DNA from: Dehalococcoidia bacterium | Lineage (GTDB): Bacteria > Chloroflexota > Dehalococcoidia > Dehalococcoidales > BS750m-G39 | Direction: 5' to 3' | DNA: 64,000 bases | Assembly: GCA_050123275.1 (NCBI GenBank) | Contig: JASFHK010000005.1 | Coordinates: 9,887 to 73,886 of the forward strand | Shown here: piece after piece, positions 8,954 to 18,943 of the stretch | How the letters are laid out: the number at the start of each line of letters is the position of its first letter | Position numbering within the stretch: the first letter of the stretch is position 1 | Made by a program: the position numbers and the translations under genes | The notes under the pieces: generated by a model | Database searches by the model: none | The model's input: only the letters and a program-made list of their open reading frames with translations | What the model was told of the DNA's origin: nothing

Positions 8954-9947
8954 GATACTGCTGGCGCACGGCAGCGGCGGCAAGCTCTCTCACGACCTGG
9001 TCGAAAAGAGCTTCGTCAGCGCGCTGACCAACCCGCTATTGGATAAACTGGACGATGCCGCCGTCTTCGATGTCAGCGGCAAGCTGGCTTTTACCACCGA
9101 CAGCTACGTGGTCAGCCCCATCTTTTTCCCCGGCGGGGATATCGGCAAGCTGGCCGTTTGCGGTACGGTCAACGATTTAGCCACCAGCGGCGCCAGGCCT
9201 CTCTATTTGAGCCTGTCCTTTATCATCGAAGAGGGTCTTCTGGTGAAAGACCTTGAGAAAATCATCGCCTCGGTGCGGAAGGCGGCCGATGAGGCCGGCG
9301 TCAAAATCGTCACCGGCGACACCAAAGTGGTCACCCGGGGCAGCGCCGATAATCTCTTCATCAACACCGCCGGCGTGGGCGTCGTCCCCGAAGGCGTTAA
9401 CCTCTCCGGCGCTAATGCCAAACCGGGGGACAAGGTGCTCCTGAGCGGTCCTATCGGCGACCATGGTATCGCCGTGGTCAGCCAGCGCGAGGGCCTGAGC
9501 TTCGCCACCGCGCTGAAGAGCGACTGCGCCCCGCTGGGCGGTCTGGTGGCCGATATGCTCGAAGCCGGCCCCGATATACACGCCCTGCGCGACCCTACCA
9601 GAGGCGGGCTGGCGTCGAGCCTTAACGAGTTGGCGCAACAGTCTAAAGTGGGCATTAGAATCGAGGAGAAGGCGATACCGGTGCACGAGGCGGTTTTGGG
9701 TGCCTGCGAGATGCTCGGCTTCGACCCGCTCTACGTGGCCAACGAGGGCAAGATGATTGCCGTCGTCGCGCCGCAGGACGCTGAAAAAGTCCTTGCCGCC
9801 ATGCGCAAAAACGAGTACGGCAAAGAGGCCGCCATTATCGGTGAGGTTTCGGGGGAAAAGGCGGGGCGGGTGACGATGAAAACGGTGCTGGGGTCGTCGC
9901 GCATCGTCGACATGCTTACCGGCGATTTATTACCGAGGATTTGCTAA
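8931..9947 (+). CDS. hypE: Hydrogenase maturation factor HypE
   Basis: I chose the start at the ATG at 8931 (MEATLEDKILLAHGSGGK). It is AIR-synthase-like and has the C-terminal PRIC motif. The longer tracked ORF overlaps hypD out of frame. Confidence 0.95.
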   Translation: MEATLEDKILLAHGSGGKLSHDLVEKSFVSALTNPLLDKLDDAAVFDVSGKLAFTTDSYVVSPIFFPGGDIGKLAVCGTVNDLATSGARPLYLSLSFIIEEGLLVKDLEKIIASVRKAADEAGVKIVTGDTKVVTRGSADNLFINTAGVGVVPEGVNLSGANAKPGDKVLLSGPIGDHGIAVVSQREGLSFATALKSDCAPLGGLVADMLEAGPDIHALRDPTRGGLASSLNELAQQSKVGIRIEEKAIPVHEAVLGACEMLGFDPLYVANEGKMIAVVAPQDAEKVLAAMRKNEYGKEAAIIGEVSGEKAGRVTMKTVLGSSRIVDMLTGDLLPRIC

Positions 9948-9950
9948 AAA

Positions 9951-10292
9951 ATGCACGAACTGAGTATCACGCAAAGCATGCTCGACCTCGTCCTGGAGCA
10001 GACCAAAAACGCCGGCGCCAAAGAGGTGGGTAAAATCAACCTGGTTATCGGGGAGATGACGGGGGTGGTGGACCGCTCGGTGCGCTTTTACTTCGATTTT
10101 TTGAGCAAGGGGACGGCGGCGGAGGGAGCGGAGCTTCATTTCGAGGTGGTGCCGACCACCGCCCGCTGCCACAGCTGCTGGAAAGACTTCGCGCTGGGTG
10201 AGTTCGACTGGACCTGCCCTCACTGCAGGGGCAATAACATAGAAATTGTCGGCGGCAAAGAACTATTCGTAGAAAGTATCGAGGTGAACTAG
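9951..10292 (+). CDS. hypA: Hydrogenase nickel insertion protein HypA
   Basis: It has the MHELSITQSM N-terminus and CxxC ... CPHC zinc-site motifs, and is 113 aa long. Confidence 0.9.
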   Translation: MHELSITQSMLDLVLEQTKNAGAKEVGKINLVIGEMTGVVDRSVRFYFDFLSKGTAAEGAELHFEVVPTTARCHSCWKDFALGEFDWTCPHCRGNNIEIVGGKELFVESIEVN

Positions 10293-10940
10293 ATGGAAAT
10301 CAAAGTGGTTAAGGACATCCTGGACGCTAACGACCAGATAGCGCAAGAGAACCGGCAGCTTTTCGACAGCCACAAAATCTTCGCGGTCAACGTGATGGCT
10401 TCGCCGGGGGCGGGCAAGACCAGCGTCATCCTGGAGACCATCCGTCGTCTCAAGGGCAAGCTCAGGGTGGGCGTGGTCGAGGGCGACATCAGCTCCAGCC
10501 TCGACTCCGAAACCATCAGCAAGGAAGACGTTCCCGTCGTCCAGATAAACACGGGCGGCGAGTGCCACCTGGACGCTAATATGACCGCCAGCGCTCTGGG
10601 CAACCTGCCGCTGGCCGATATCGAGCTGCTCCTCATCGAGAACGTGGGCAACCTGGTCTGCCCCGCCGAGTTCCGCATCGGCGAGGACATCAGAATCCTC
10701 ATCTCCAGCACCCCCGAGGGCGACGACAAGCCCTTCAAGTACCCGCTCATGTTTCACGAGGCCGACGTCGTGCTCGTCAACAAGATAGACCTGCTGCCCT
10801 ACCTCAAGTTCGACCTGGACGCTTTTACCAAGACCATCAAGGGCATAAACGGCAAGGCGAAAATCTTCCCCCTTTCCTGCACCACGGGAGAGGGCGTTGA
10901 CGATTGGGTCAACTGGCTGTCCGGCCAGGTCAAAAAATAG
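10293..10940 (+). CDS. hypB: Hydrogenase nickel incorporation GTPase HypB
   Basis: It has the P-loop ASPGAGKTS, an ENVGNLVCP motif and NKIDL. It starts immediately after the hypA stop. Confidence 0.9.
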   Translation: MEIKVVKDILDANDQIAQENRQLFDSHKIFAVNVMASPGAGKTSVILETIRRLKGKLRVGVVEGDISSSLDSETISKEDVPVVQINTGGECHLDANMTASALGNLPLADIELLLIENVGNLVCPAEFRIGEDIRILISSTPEGDDKPFKYPLMFHEADVVLVNKIDLLPYLKFDLDAFTKTIKGINGKAKIFPLSCTTGEGVDDWVNWLSGQVKK

Positions 10941-10952
10941 CCTTATGGAGTA

Positions 10953-10981
10953 TTGACGCTCCTCGGTGCCAGTAGTATACT
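10953..10981 (+). promoter_or_regulatory. Candidate sigma70-type promoter (TTGACG-N17-TATACT)
   Basis: The hexamers are at 10953-10958 and 10976-10981, about 45 nt upstream of the 11024 start. Confidence 0.4.
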
Positions 10982-11023
10982 CGCCTTTAGGTTTAACAAC
11001 TTAATATAGCGGGAGGTTAACCG

Positions 11024-12376
11024 ATGGAGAAGCAATGGCAAGAGATGACTCCGGCCGAGAAGCAGGAGGAACTGTTTGCGCGCTGGCTCTCGCCTAAATC
11101 CCCCGACGGCCAGCCACTCAAGTTCCAGAGCCCTGCCGCCGAGAAAGCCTACATGGAGAGGGCTATCCGTATCCGGGATGCCGTCCAGCTCAAGAAAACG
11201 CCCGACCGGGTGCCCGTCCTGCCCATGCTGAGCTTTTTCCCGACCTACTATGCCGGTGTCAGTCCCCGGGAGGCCATGTACGACTACGATAAGCTGGCCG
11301 AAGCCACCAAGAAATACCTCTACGACTTCGAGCCCGACGTGCAGTCCGGTATCGGTATCGCCTCTTCAGGCAGAATCTTCGATATTCTCGACTACAAGCT
11401 CTACGCCTGGCCCGGCCACGGGGTTTCCGAAGACAGCACCTACCAGTGCCTGGAAAAAGAGTACATGATGGCCGACGAGTACGACGCTCTGATTCGGGAC
11501 CCTTCCTACTTTTTCACCAATACCTACTTCCCGCGCATATTCGGCAATCTGCAGGGTTTCAAGATGCTGCCCAATTTTGCCACCATGCAGGAATTGCCCT
11601 TCGTCGGCCCCAACGTCCTCCCCTTCGGCCTGCCCGATGTGCGCGCCGCCTACCAGTCCCTTTTCGAGGCCGGGGAGGAGGCCCTGAAGTGGGCGGGGGC
11701 CGTCGGTGCTTTCGGCGTCGAGGTGGCGTCGCAGGGTTTTCCCGGAGTCGCCGGCGGCTTCACCAAGGTGCCCTTCGACGTTATCGGCGACACCCTGCGC
11801 GGCACGCGGGGTATCATGCTCGATATCTACCGCCAGCCCGACAAGGTGCTGGCCGCCATGGACGCGCTGACGCCGATAATGATTGACATGGGGGTGGCGG
11901 CGACGCAGATGGCGGGTAACCCGATGGTGATGATACCCTTGCACAAGGGCGCCGACGGTTTCCTTTCCGACGCGCAGTTCAAGAAGTTTTACTGGCCCCA
12001 CTTCAGGCAGGTTATCATGGGCCTGGTTAACGAGGGCTGCGTTCCCTTCTCCTTCGTCGAGGGGGGCTATAACACCCGCCTGGAGGTTATCCGCGACGTG
12101 CCCAAAGGCACTACCTTCTGGACCTTCGATACCACCGACATGGCCCGGGCCAAAAAGATATTGGGCGATGTCGCCTGTATCGGCGGCAACGTACCCACCG
12201 ACCTGCTGGCGGTGGGCACTGCGCAACAGGTGGAGGACTACGTCAAGAACCTGATCGACACCTGCGCCCCCGGTGGCGGCTATGTGGTGGCCAACGGCGT
12301 GGCCGCCGACCAGGTCAAGCCGGAAAACATGAGGGTGATGATTGACTACACCAAGGAGCACGGCGTCTATAAATAG
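11024..12376 (+). CDS. Uroporphyrinogen decarboxylase (URO-D) family protein, possible methylcobamide-dependent methyltransferase
   Basis: The 450-aa sequence shows overall resemblance to URO-D/MtaA-like proteins. The assignment rests on recollection of the family, not on a diagnostic motif. Confidence 0.5.
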   Translation: MEKQWQEMTPAEKQEELFARWLSPKSPDGQPLKFQSPAAEKAYMERAIRIRDAVQLKKTPDRVPVLPMLSFFPTYYAGVSPREAMYDYDKLAEATKKYLYDFEPDVQSGIGIASSGRIFDILDYKLYAWPGHGVSEDSTYQCLEKEYMMADEYDALIRDPSYFFTNTYFPRIFGNLQGFKMLPNFATMQELPFVGPNVLPFGLPDVRAAYQSLFEAGEEALKWAGAVGAFGVEVASQGFPGVAGGFTKVPFDVIGDTLRGTRGIMLDIYRQPDKVLAAMDALTPIMIDMGVAATQMAGNPMVMIPLHKGADGFLSDAQFKKFYWPHFRQVIMGLVNEGCVPFSFVEGGYNTRLEVIRDVPKGTTFWTFDTTDMARAKKILGDVACIGGNVPTDLLAVGTAQQVEDYVKNLIDTCAPGGGYVVANGVAADQVKPENMRVMIDYTKEHGVYK

Positions 12377-12398
12377 CCGGCCCTGAAGCGCTATTTAG

Positions 12399-12436
12399 CC
12401 CGGAGGAGGTTTGAGGCTTTCTCCGGGTTATTTTTT
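12399..12436 (+). terminator. Possible intrinsic terminator
   Basis: A CCCGGAG / CTCCGGG 7-bp stem with a 15-nt loop is followed by TTATTTTTT. The U-tract overlaps the stop of the convergent gene. Confidence 0.35.
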
Positions 12437-13960
12437 CTCGGCCTTTTCGGGCTTCTGGTACAGGGAAGTATGCACCCCGGCGATATCAGCGCCCACGTAG
12501 CTGTAGCCGGTGTTTTCGCCCACCTCGTTGGGGTCGAAGGCTTTCTTCAACTTGCCGAACCAGATATGGTAGTTGGAGACGTGCTTGCCGATAACCTCAA
12601 CGGGGATAACGCCCATCGAGGGCACGGCGAAGCAGCCTTCCAGCGCTCTTTCGCCTATCTTTTTCATCCATTCCTCGACGGCCTGGGACGATTTTTCGTC
12701 GTAGGGGTTGAAGCGGCAGAAGATTTCGGTGTGCCCCAGGTGCCCCTGTTCCTCACCCCAGCCGAACTGCTGCCCGTCGTCGGCGATGACCAGCCCCTTC
12801 TTTATCAGCTCGCGCTTGAGCACGGCGCCCTCTTCCAGCCAGCGCACGTGGTTGTCGTAGCGCTGTCCCTGCACCATCATCGAGGAGAAGGCGCCGCCGG
12901 CGCGGAAGGTCTCCCTGATGGAAGCGCTGACCCGCGTGCACTGGAAGAGCAGGGTGGCTTCGACCTCGGGGTCTTCCACCGTTTTCAGCGACTTGCCGCC
13001 GGTTTCCCTGATGATTTGCGCCAGCGCCTTCTTCTTGTAGGTGAAGTCCTCGTCGAAGTTGCCGGCGATGATGACCATGAAGCCGGGCCCCTGCACCTCC
13101 TTGGTGAACCTGTCCAGGGTGTCGAAGTCCTCTTCGTTGCTGGTGGTGATGTTGGAGGAAACCATCGAGGGGTTGAAGCCCATCAGCTCGAAGGCGATTT
13201 CGGCCTCGCCGATTTTAAGCTCGGCTTCGACCAGCTTTTCTATAGAGGGGAAGGAGAAATAGCGCACCATCATCCTTAAATCCGACGGCTTTTCGGCCAG
13301 CCGGTAGCGCGGTGAGGCGCCTTCCAGCGGGTATTGCGACGGCCCCGGCCAGTGGTAGACCTTGGTCGCCTGCTTGGTGATGACGCCACCCGCGCGCAGG
13401 ATGCCCCGTAGCGATGGCCCCGGCCCGTCGCCGCAGAACCACTCGTCGGAAGCCCCCAGCGTGCCCAGCCGGATGATTTCGCCCTCGTCGGTGACCCACT
13501 CCGTGGCCAGGTCGTTGCGGTCGCCGGTGCTGGTGGTCAGCCCCATGTGGCCGTGCCCCGACATGGCCAGCGCCGTGCAGGTGGAGCCCGACCCCTTCAC
13601 GTTGCATATCATGCCCCTTTTAAAAAGCTCGCCCTGTAATTCCGCCGAGATGACGAAGGGCTCGACCACGGCGTACATGTTTTTCTCGTTGATTTCGATG
13701 ATGCGGTTCATCCGGTGCAGGTCTAAAAAGATGAAATCGTATTCGGGGGGCACGAAAGACCATCCCGTGCTCTGCGCCTTGTAGGGTATCCGGTGCTTGT
13801 TGCAGAGCTTGATTACTGCCGCTACCTCTTCCGTATCGCCGGGGAGAATAACGATCAAATGCGGCGAGCGATAGGCGGCTTTGATGGCCGGGTCGTCGGA
13901 GATATTGTCCTCTCCCACCACGTCTTCGAATTCCTTATAAACGACTTTGCTGATAGCCAT
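12428..13960 (-). CDS. FAD-linked oxidase family protein (GlcD/GlcE-like)
   Basis: The 510-aa protein is adjacent to and co-directional with a CCG-domain Fe-S protein and a second FAD-binding oxidase. The N-terminal region resembles an FAD_binding_4 domain. Confidence 0.6.
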   Translation of the reverse strand: MAISKVVYKEFEDVVGEDNISDDPAIKAAYRSPHLIVILPGDTEEVAAVIKLCNKHRIPYKAQSTGWSFVPPEYDFIFLDLHRMNRIIEINEKNMYAVVEPFVISAELQGELFKRGMICNVKGSGSTCTALAMSGHGHMGLTTSTGDRNDLATEWVTDEGEIIRLGTLGASDEWFCGDGPGPSLRGILRAGGVITKQATKVYHWPGPSQYPLEGASPRYRLAEKPSDLRMMVRYFSFPSIEKLVEAELKIGEAEIAFELMGFNPSMVSSNITTSNEEDFDTLDRFTKEVQGPGFMVIIAGNFDEDFTYKKKALAQIIRETGGKSLKTVEDPEVEATLLFQCTRVSASIRETFRAGGAFSSMMVQGQRYDNHVRWLEEGAVLKRELIKKGLVIADDGQQFGWGEEQGHLGHTEIFCRFNPYDEKSSQAVEEWMKKIGERALEGCFAVPSMGVIPVEVIGKHVSNYHIWFGKLKKAFDPNEVGENTGYSYVGADIAGVHTSLYQKPEKAEKK

Positions 13961-13978
13961 GACTCGTTACCGCCTTTC

Positions 13979-15247
13979 TTAGATTGCCTTCTCGACCAGT
14001 TCCACGATGTCGTAAACCTTGAGGTTGCTGCCGCCCTCTTTGGCGGCTTGGCCCAGGTTCTTTTCGCACCAGGGGCAGGCGCTGGCGATGGCTTCGGCGC
14101 CGGTGGACTCGGCTTCCTCAATTCTCTCCAGCGCCGTCCATATCGCGAACTCGGGGTTGGACTCGTTGACGCCGCCCCCCGCCCCGCAGCACCAGGCGTA
14201 TTCCTTGATTCTATCCATCTCGGCCAGCTTCAGGCCCGGAATGGCTTTGAGCACGTCGCGCGGCGGCTCGTAGACGCCGTTGGCGCCCCGCCGGTATTCC
14301 TTGGGCGGGTCGAAGACGAACTTGTAGCCCGGTATTCTTTTGCCTTCCCAGTGTATCCAGGGCTCGCCCAGCCGCCCCAGGTAGCAGGGGTCGTGGTAGG
14401 TGACGGTCATCTTCACCTTTTTGGTCAGCTTGAGCTTGCCCTCTTTAATCAGCCGGGCAATGTACTCGGATATGTGCAACACCTCCAGGTCGCCCTTGAG
14501 TCCGTACCTGTCGTATAAGACCTTGAAAGCCTGGTAGCCGTCGGCGCAGCCCGTGACCAGCGTTTTGACGCTGGCCTTTTTGAGCATGGCCATGTTCTTC
14601 TCGGCCTGGTTGAGGAAGTCCTCTTTATAGCCCATCTGGAAGGCGCGGCCGCCGCAGCAGGACTCGTTCTCGTAGCCGATGCCGAAGTTGACGCCCGCTT
14701 TTTGCAGTATCTTGACCGTGGCTTTAGCTAATTTCTGGTAGCTTTTATCATAGCTGGCCAGGCAGCCGGCGTGGTAATAGACGTCCACCTTCTCTTTGGT
14801 GGCGTCCTTGAGCCCCAGCCCTTTGGCCCAGTCGGCGCGCTTGCCTTTGGCGCCGGGCACCATCGTGCCCTGTTTGCGCAGCCCCTTGATGATTTTGTCC
14901 AGGGTGGGGTGGGTGTGGCCGTCCTCGACGCACTTGATGCGGAACTCGTTGATGGGCAGCAGCACCTCCATGTCCATGGCGTATTTGCAGGATATGTCGC
15001 AGGCGCCGCACATCTGGCAGTTATAGACGATATGGAGGAGTTTATCGGTATAGTTAAAGCCGTTGGTCAGCATCTCTTTAGCGATGAGCAGCCGGCCGCT
15101 GCCCGAGTAGGCGTGGAAGTTATACCTGGTGAGACTGGGGCAGGCGTAGGAATGCTCGATTCCCTTTACCTTCTGCAGGGGTATATGCTTGCAGGCCCCG
15201 CACCGGCAACACATCTCGACATCACCGCGGTAGTCTTCTATTGCCAT
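13979..15247 (-). CDS. (Fe-S)-binding protein with 2x[4Fe-4S] motifs and two CCG domains (GlcF/HdrD-like)
   Basis: It has CCRCGACKH ... CP and CQMCGACDISC ferredoxin-type motifs. Two CCG motifs are present (ESCCGGRAF, AWCCGAGGG). Confidence 0.75.
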   Translation of the reverse strand: MAIEDYRGDVEMCCRCGACKHIPLQKVKGIEHSYACPSLTRYNFHAYSGSGRLLIAKEMLTNGFNYTDKLLHIVYNCQMCGACDISCKYAMDMEVLLPINEFRIKCVEDGHTHPTLDKIIKGLRKQGTMVPGAKGKRADWAKGLGLKDATKEKVDVYYHAGCLASYDKSYQKLAKATVKILQKAGVNFGIGYENESCCGGRAFQMGYKEDFLNQAEKNMAMLKKASVKTLVTGCADGYQAFKVLYDRYGLKGDLEVLHISEYIARLIKEGKLKLTKKVKMTVTYHDPCYLGRLGEPWIHWEGKRIPGYKFVFDPPKEYRRGANGVYEPPRDVLKAIPGLKLAEMDRIKEYAWCCGAGGGVNESNPEFAIWTALERIEEAESTGAEAIASACPWCEKNLGQAAKEGGSNLKVYDIVELVEKAI

Positions 15248-15280
15248 CTTGGCTCCTCCTCGATTTATTCTTGTCGTTAG

Positions 15281-16744
15281 TTAAAAACAGAGCTTGCCCG
15301 GATTCATCACTTTGTTGGGGTCTAAAATCCGCTTGACGCGGTTCAGGGCTGCGACGTAAGCCGCGTCCCGGTTGACGATCATGCGGGCGTTCTTATCATA
15401 GGGGCGGGAGAAGAAGGCGCCCGTCGCCATCAGGGAATCCACGGCCATAGTGTAAAGCTCGTCCGCCCTTTCCACCTCGGCCGGGTCTGCGGGGTCGTAA
15501 AACAGGTTGAACTCACAGTGGCAGTTGGCCCCTTGCACGATGGGCTGCAGGTAAACGCCCAGCTCCGGGGCGGGGTAGCCGCAACCGTTGGCCAGCTCCT
15601 GCATGAGGGCTATCTGGCCTTCGAGCTTGTCGTAGGTGGTGATGAAAAAGATGTCCTGGCAGGCTCCCTGGTAGCGCAGCTTCCAGTAGGGCTCGGCGGA
15701 GGGGCGTTGCAAAGTTTTGAGCAACTCGCCGGCGGAAACCCTGCCCGCCGCCCTGGCCGCCTCCACGCCGATGCGTTTGGTTAAGTCAGAAATACCTTTT
15801 AGTTGGGCGCTGACCCGTTCTTCGGGGAAGTAATCATAGCCGGCCACATTGAAAAAGAGAACCCAGCTGTCCAGGTCGTCTTTCAGGTTCTGGTAATCGT
15901 CGGGCCACTTTCGGGCCATAATCGCCGCCAGGCCGGTGCTATTGAGCACCAGGCACTCGTTGACCAGTCTCAGCCTGACCAGCCAGTGCACCAGCTCGAA
16001 AAGGCGGCTTAGGTCGGGTGAGCCGACCAGGAAAGGCTCTTCCACTTTGGGCAGCAGCTCGCAGCGCAGCGATGCCCAGGTAACGATGCCCATCGTCCCC
16101 TGCGCCCCCTGGATGAGCCGGTTCCACTGCGCCGGCCCCGGCCCGTAGGGCGTTTTCTGGGCGCCGCCCGCCGCCCACTGCTCCTCTATAGTGCCCGGCC
16201 CGGCGGCCTGACCGGTGCGGAAGGTCTCGCCGGAGCCGAAGACGACCTCGACGCAGGCCAGCGGGTCGGAGATGTCCCACTGGTACTTGGGCATGACCAC
16301 CGGCTCTCTCTCCAGCATGCTGCCGACGACGGTCTTCGCTTTACGCGGCAGCAGGGGCATGTTGAGCCTTAACCCCGCCTTTTCCACGGCCGGTATCAGT
16401 TCGCCGAAGGTTACTCCCGGCTCGACCATGGCCACCCGGTGAGCGCGGTCGACCCGGATTACCTTGTTCATGCCGGTCAGGTCGACGATAACGGCGCCAC
16501 CGGTGCCGGGGACGGTATCGCCGTGAAAGTGGGGCGGGCCGGAGCTTACCGGCACCAGCGGCGTGTTTGTCTGGTTAGCCAGCTTGACCAGCTTGGCGAT
16601 GTCGTCGCCGTTGCGGGGCTTGACCACGCAGGCGGGCCTTACCGCGTTGACGAAGCTCATGTCCCGGGAGTACTCTTCGAGCGTGGCCGGGTCGCTGCTG
16701 ACGTTGCCGGCACCGACTATCTTGGCCAGTTTTCCGTCAATCAT
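15281..16744 (-). CDS. FAD-binding oxidoreductase (GlcD-like)
   Basis: The 487-aa protein has an N-terminal PCMH-type FAD-binding region (VVKPRNGDDIAKLVKLANQTNTPLVPVSSG). It is the first gene of the three-gene string. Confidence 0.75.
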   Translation of the reverse strand: MIDGKLAKIVGAGNVSSDPATLEEYSRDMSFVNAVRPACVVKPRNGDDIAKLVKLANQTNTPLVPVSSGPPHFHGDTVPGTGGAVIVDLTGMNKVIRVDRAHRVAMVEPGVTFGELIPAVEKAGLRLNMPLLPRKAKTVVGSMLEREPVVMPKYQWDISDPLACVEVVFGSGETFRTGQAAGPGTIEEQWAAGGAQKTPYGPGPAQWNRLIQGAQGTMGIVTWASLRCELLPKVEEPFLVGSPDLSRLFELVHWLVRLRLVNECLVLNSTGLAAIMARKWPDDYQNLKDDLDSWVLFFNVAGYDYFPEERVSAQLKGISDLTKRIGVEAARAAGRVSAGELLKTLQRPSAEPYWKLRYQGACQDIFFITTYDKLEGQIALMQELANGCGYPAPELGVYLQPIVQGANCHCEFNLFYDPADPAEVERADELYTMAVDSLMATGAFFSRPYDKNARMIVNRDAAYVAALNRVKRILDPNKVMNPGKLCF

Positions 16745-16779
16745 TTGCGCCTCCTCTTTGAGCGTAGTCGGATTTATGC

Positions 16780-17436
16780 TTAATCGTCGTAGGGCTCGGG
16801 GGGTGGCGGGGGGAAGATGTTGATGCGGTAACGGCTGTAGGGCAGGTAATTTGTGGCCGGTTTGTCGGGCTTGTTGTCGGCCAGGCCGGCGATGCTGCCC
16901 GTAATCGGCTCATCCACCCAGTTCGAGCCGAGGGGGTACATGTAGACGATGCGGTAGGCGAGGCGGAAGAATTTCCACTTACCGTCTTCCTTGACATAAT
17001 CCATGTCGTACTTGCCTAGGCAGGACATGCAGTCCAGCTTGCCGTTGCGCAGGCCGCTGACGCTGCCGTGGGAAAACCAGAGTCCACGGGCTTCAGTGCC
17101 GTCCTTGTTTATCTCGATAATTGGGTTGCAGGTCATGTGTACCGCCAGCCAGCCCGGCGTGCCTTTGTAGCGCTGTTCGCTCAGGACGTTGTTCCAGAAG
17201 CGCTTGACCCCGGTCATGCCCTCGTAGATGCCGGCGTCCTCGATATCCATGGAGATGCCCGGCGTCTTCTTGGCGAAGAGGGAGGGGATTTCGGAGTTGC
17301 GCATCATGAAGTAGAGGTGGGCGTAGCGGGACTGGAGCTTCCAGATTTCGAGGTAATCCTGGGTCCGGGACAGTGCGGCGACCTGTTCCTTGAGCTGGGC
17401 GACTTCGGCCTTGAGGTCTTTAAGGTCCTGACTCAT
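16780..17436 (-). CDS. NTF2/SnoaL-like fold protein with N-terminal coiled coil
   Basis: I moved the start to the ATG at 17436, which is preceded by GAGGAGG. The heptad-like N-terminus is MSQDLKDLKAEVAQLKEQVAAL. The family call is tentative. Confidence 0.45.
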   Translation of the reverse strand: MSQDLKDLKAEVAQLKEQVAALSRTQDYLEIWKLQSRYAHLYFMMRNSEIPSLFAKKTPGISMDIEDAGIYEGMTGVKRFWNNVLSEQRYKGTPGWLAVHMTCNPIIEINKDGTEARGLWFSHGSVSGLRNGKLDCMSCLGKYDMDYVKEDGKWKFFRLAYRIVYMYPLGSNWVDEPITGSIAGLADNKPDKPATNYLPYSRYRINIFPPPPPEPYDD

Positions 17437-17544
17437 TTTTTCCTCCTCTCGACACGGTCGGAGTGGGGGAAGGGTATGAGGGGGTACCAAGTGCTTATTA
17501 TTTACCCATATCCTACCGATGTCAATAACCTGTTGTAGAATGCG

Positions 17545-17573
17545 TTGACAAAAGAAGTTTTAAAAACTATGAT
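17545..17573 (+). promoter_or_regulatory. Candidate sigma70-type promoter (TTGACA-N17-TATGAT)
   Basis: A perfect -35 hexamer lies at 17545-17550 and a near-consensus -10 hexamer at 17568-17573, 90 nt upstream of the 17664 start. Confidence 0.5.
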
Positions 17574-17663
17574 AGCCACAGCCCGTTCTTCTTGCCTCGT
17601 TCTATCCTGACCTTTGTTTATCGTAAATTCTATTTATCATAAATAAAAGGAGGATATACCAAG

Positions 17664-18155
17664 ATGGCGGAGACCAAGTACGGGAAGTACATTATTAGAG
17701 ACCCCCTGGAAAAAGGCAAGTCGCCGATGTTGCACATTTGCGCCGAAAAAGGCTGTCATGGCGCCGCCTTTCCTAACTTTCCGGTTGAAGTCCAGCTACT
17801 TTGCATCAGCGAACCGGTTACCTTTCCCCACCCGCCCCACGTCCACTCTGTCGACGAAATCTTTTTCATCTTCGGCAGCAACCCCGAGAACTACTACGAC
17901 TTCGACGCCGAAATCGAGATATGTCTGGGCGAGGAAGTTGAAAAACATATCATCGATTCCACGTCCATCGTCTATATCCCCGCGGGACTAGTCCACGCTC
18001 CCATTTCCGTAAAGAAGGTGAACAAACCCATCCAGTGGATGCACGTTCTCTTTACTCCTGAATACGATATGGAGCAGGGCGACGTTACCCAGCATCCCCC
18101 TCACCCCCGCGAAAAATATTCGCCCGAGGAGATAAAGAAGCTAAAGCGTGGCTAG
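17664..18155 (+). CDS. Hypothetical protein (possibly cupin-like)
   Basis: The 163-aa ORF has an upstream AAGGAGG and a His-rich segment (PHPPHVHSVDE). The fold assignment is a guess. Confidence 0.35.
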   Translation: MAETKYGKYIIRDPLEKGKSPMLHICAEKGCHGAAFPNFPVEVQLLCISEPVTFPHPPHVHSVDEIFFIFGSNPENYYDFDAEIEICLGEEVEKHIIDSTSIVYIPAGLVHAPISVKKVNKPIQWMHVLFTPEYDMEQGDVTQHPPHPREKYSPEEIKKLKRG

Positions 18156-18907
18156 CTTTCATATTCCTTCCTTAGCTCTTCAACCGTCTTCTTAAACTGG
18201 GCCTGCTTCTCCGCCTCGCTCAAGCGGTGCAGCGGCGGTACCCACTCCATGTCCTTGAGGTTATCGATAAGCATGGGCAGCGAGTCGTAGGGGAAGGAGA
18301 GCAGTATAAAGCCTTCGGGGAGCACCTTGCGCGCCTTCATGCCGAAGCCGAGCCCGGTGACGGTGTAGTTCATCTCGCCGCTTAAATACGGGTAAGCGTA
18401 AAGCCAGGCGCAGATGAGCACCGGGGTGCTTTTGGTGGTTATCATCTTGCCGCTGGTGTAGCAATAGGCGCGGAGCAGTATTTCGGCCTGGGGTGGGGTG
18501 GCGGCGATGATAAGCAGGTCGGGCTCGAAGGGGAGCTTGTCCATCGGGGAGAAGGCGACGTACCTGACGGTGCCCTTGCCCATCTTGGGTATGTAGTTAT
18601 AGATGCGGCGGTTGGCGCGGGCTTCCTTGTAAATGCCGTCCTTGGCGCCGACCTGCCCGCTCTGGAAAATGGGGTCGGCCTCTTCCATGCCCAGTATCAC
18701 CGGGCCCATGCAGGAAAAGTTATCCCGGGTGGCGTAAAAAGGTTGGCTTTTGGGCGCCTCTCCGAGCATCTCGCAGAAAGCCATCTCCTTGGCCAGCTTT
18801 TTAATGCCCTTGGGCCGGTTGAGCAGGAACTTGACGCCTATCGGAGGCTGTTTAAAATCGAACTTCTTGAAGATGGAATAGTCGAGCTTAGCCGGACTCA
18901 TTTTCAT
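18152..18907 (-). CDS. DUF169 family protein
   Basis: The 251-aa protein begins ...FDFKQPPIGVKFL and has an FCEML ... C.G region, as I remember for COG2043/DUF169. Confidence 0.5.
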   Translation of the reverse strand: MKMSPAKLDYSIFKKFDFKQPPIGVKFLLNRPKGIKKLAKEMAFCEMLGEAPKSQPFYATRDNFSCMGPVILGMEEADPIFQSGQVGAKDGIYKEARANRRIYNYIPKMGKGTVRYVAFSPMDKLPFEPDLLIIAATPPQAEILLRAYCYTSGKMITTKSTPVLICAWLYAYPYLSGEMNYTVTGLGFGMKARKVLPEGFILLSFPYDSLPMLIDNLKDMEWVPPLHRLSEAEKQAQFKKTVEELRKEYES

Positions 18908-18943
18908 ATCTCCTTTTTCCGGAAGCGTTACGGCGGTTTATCA

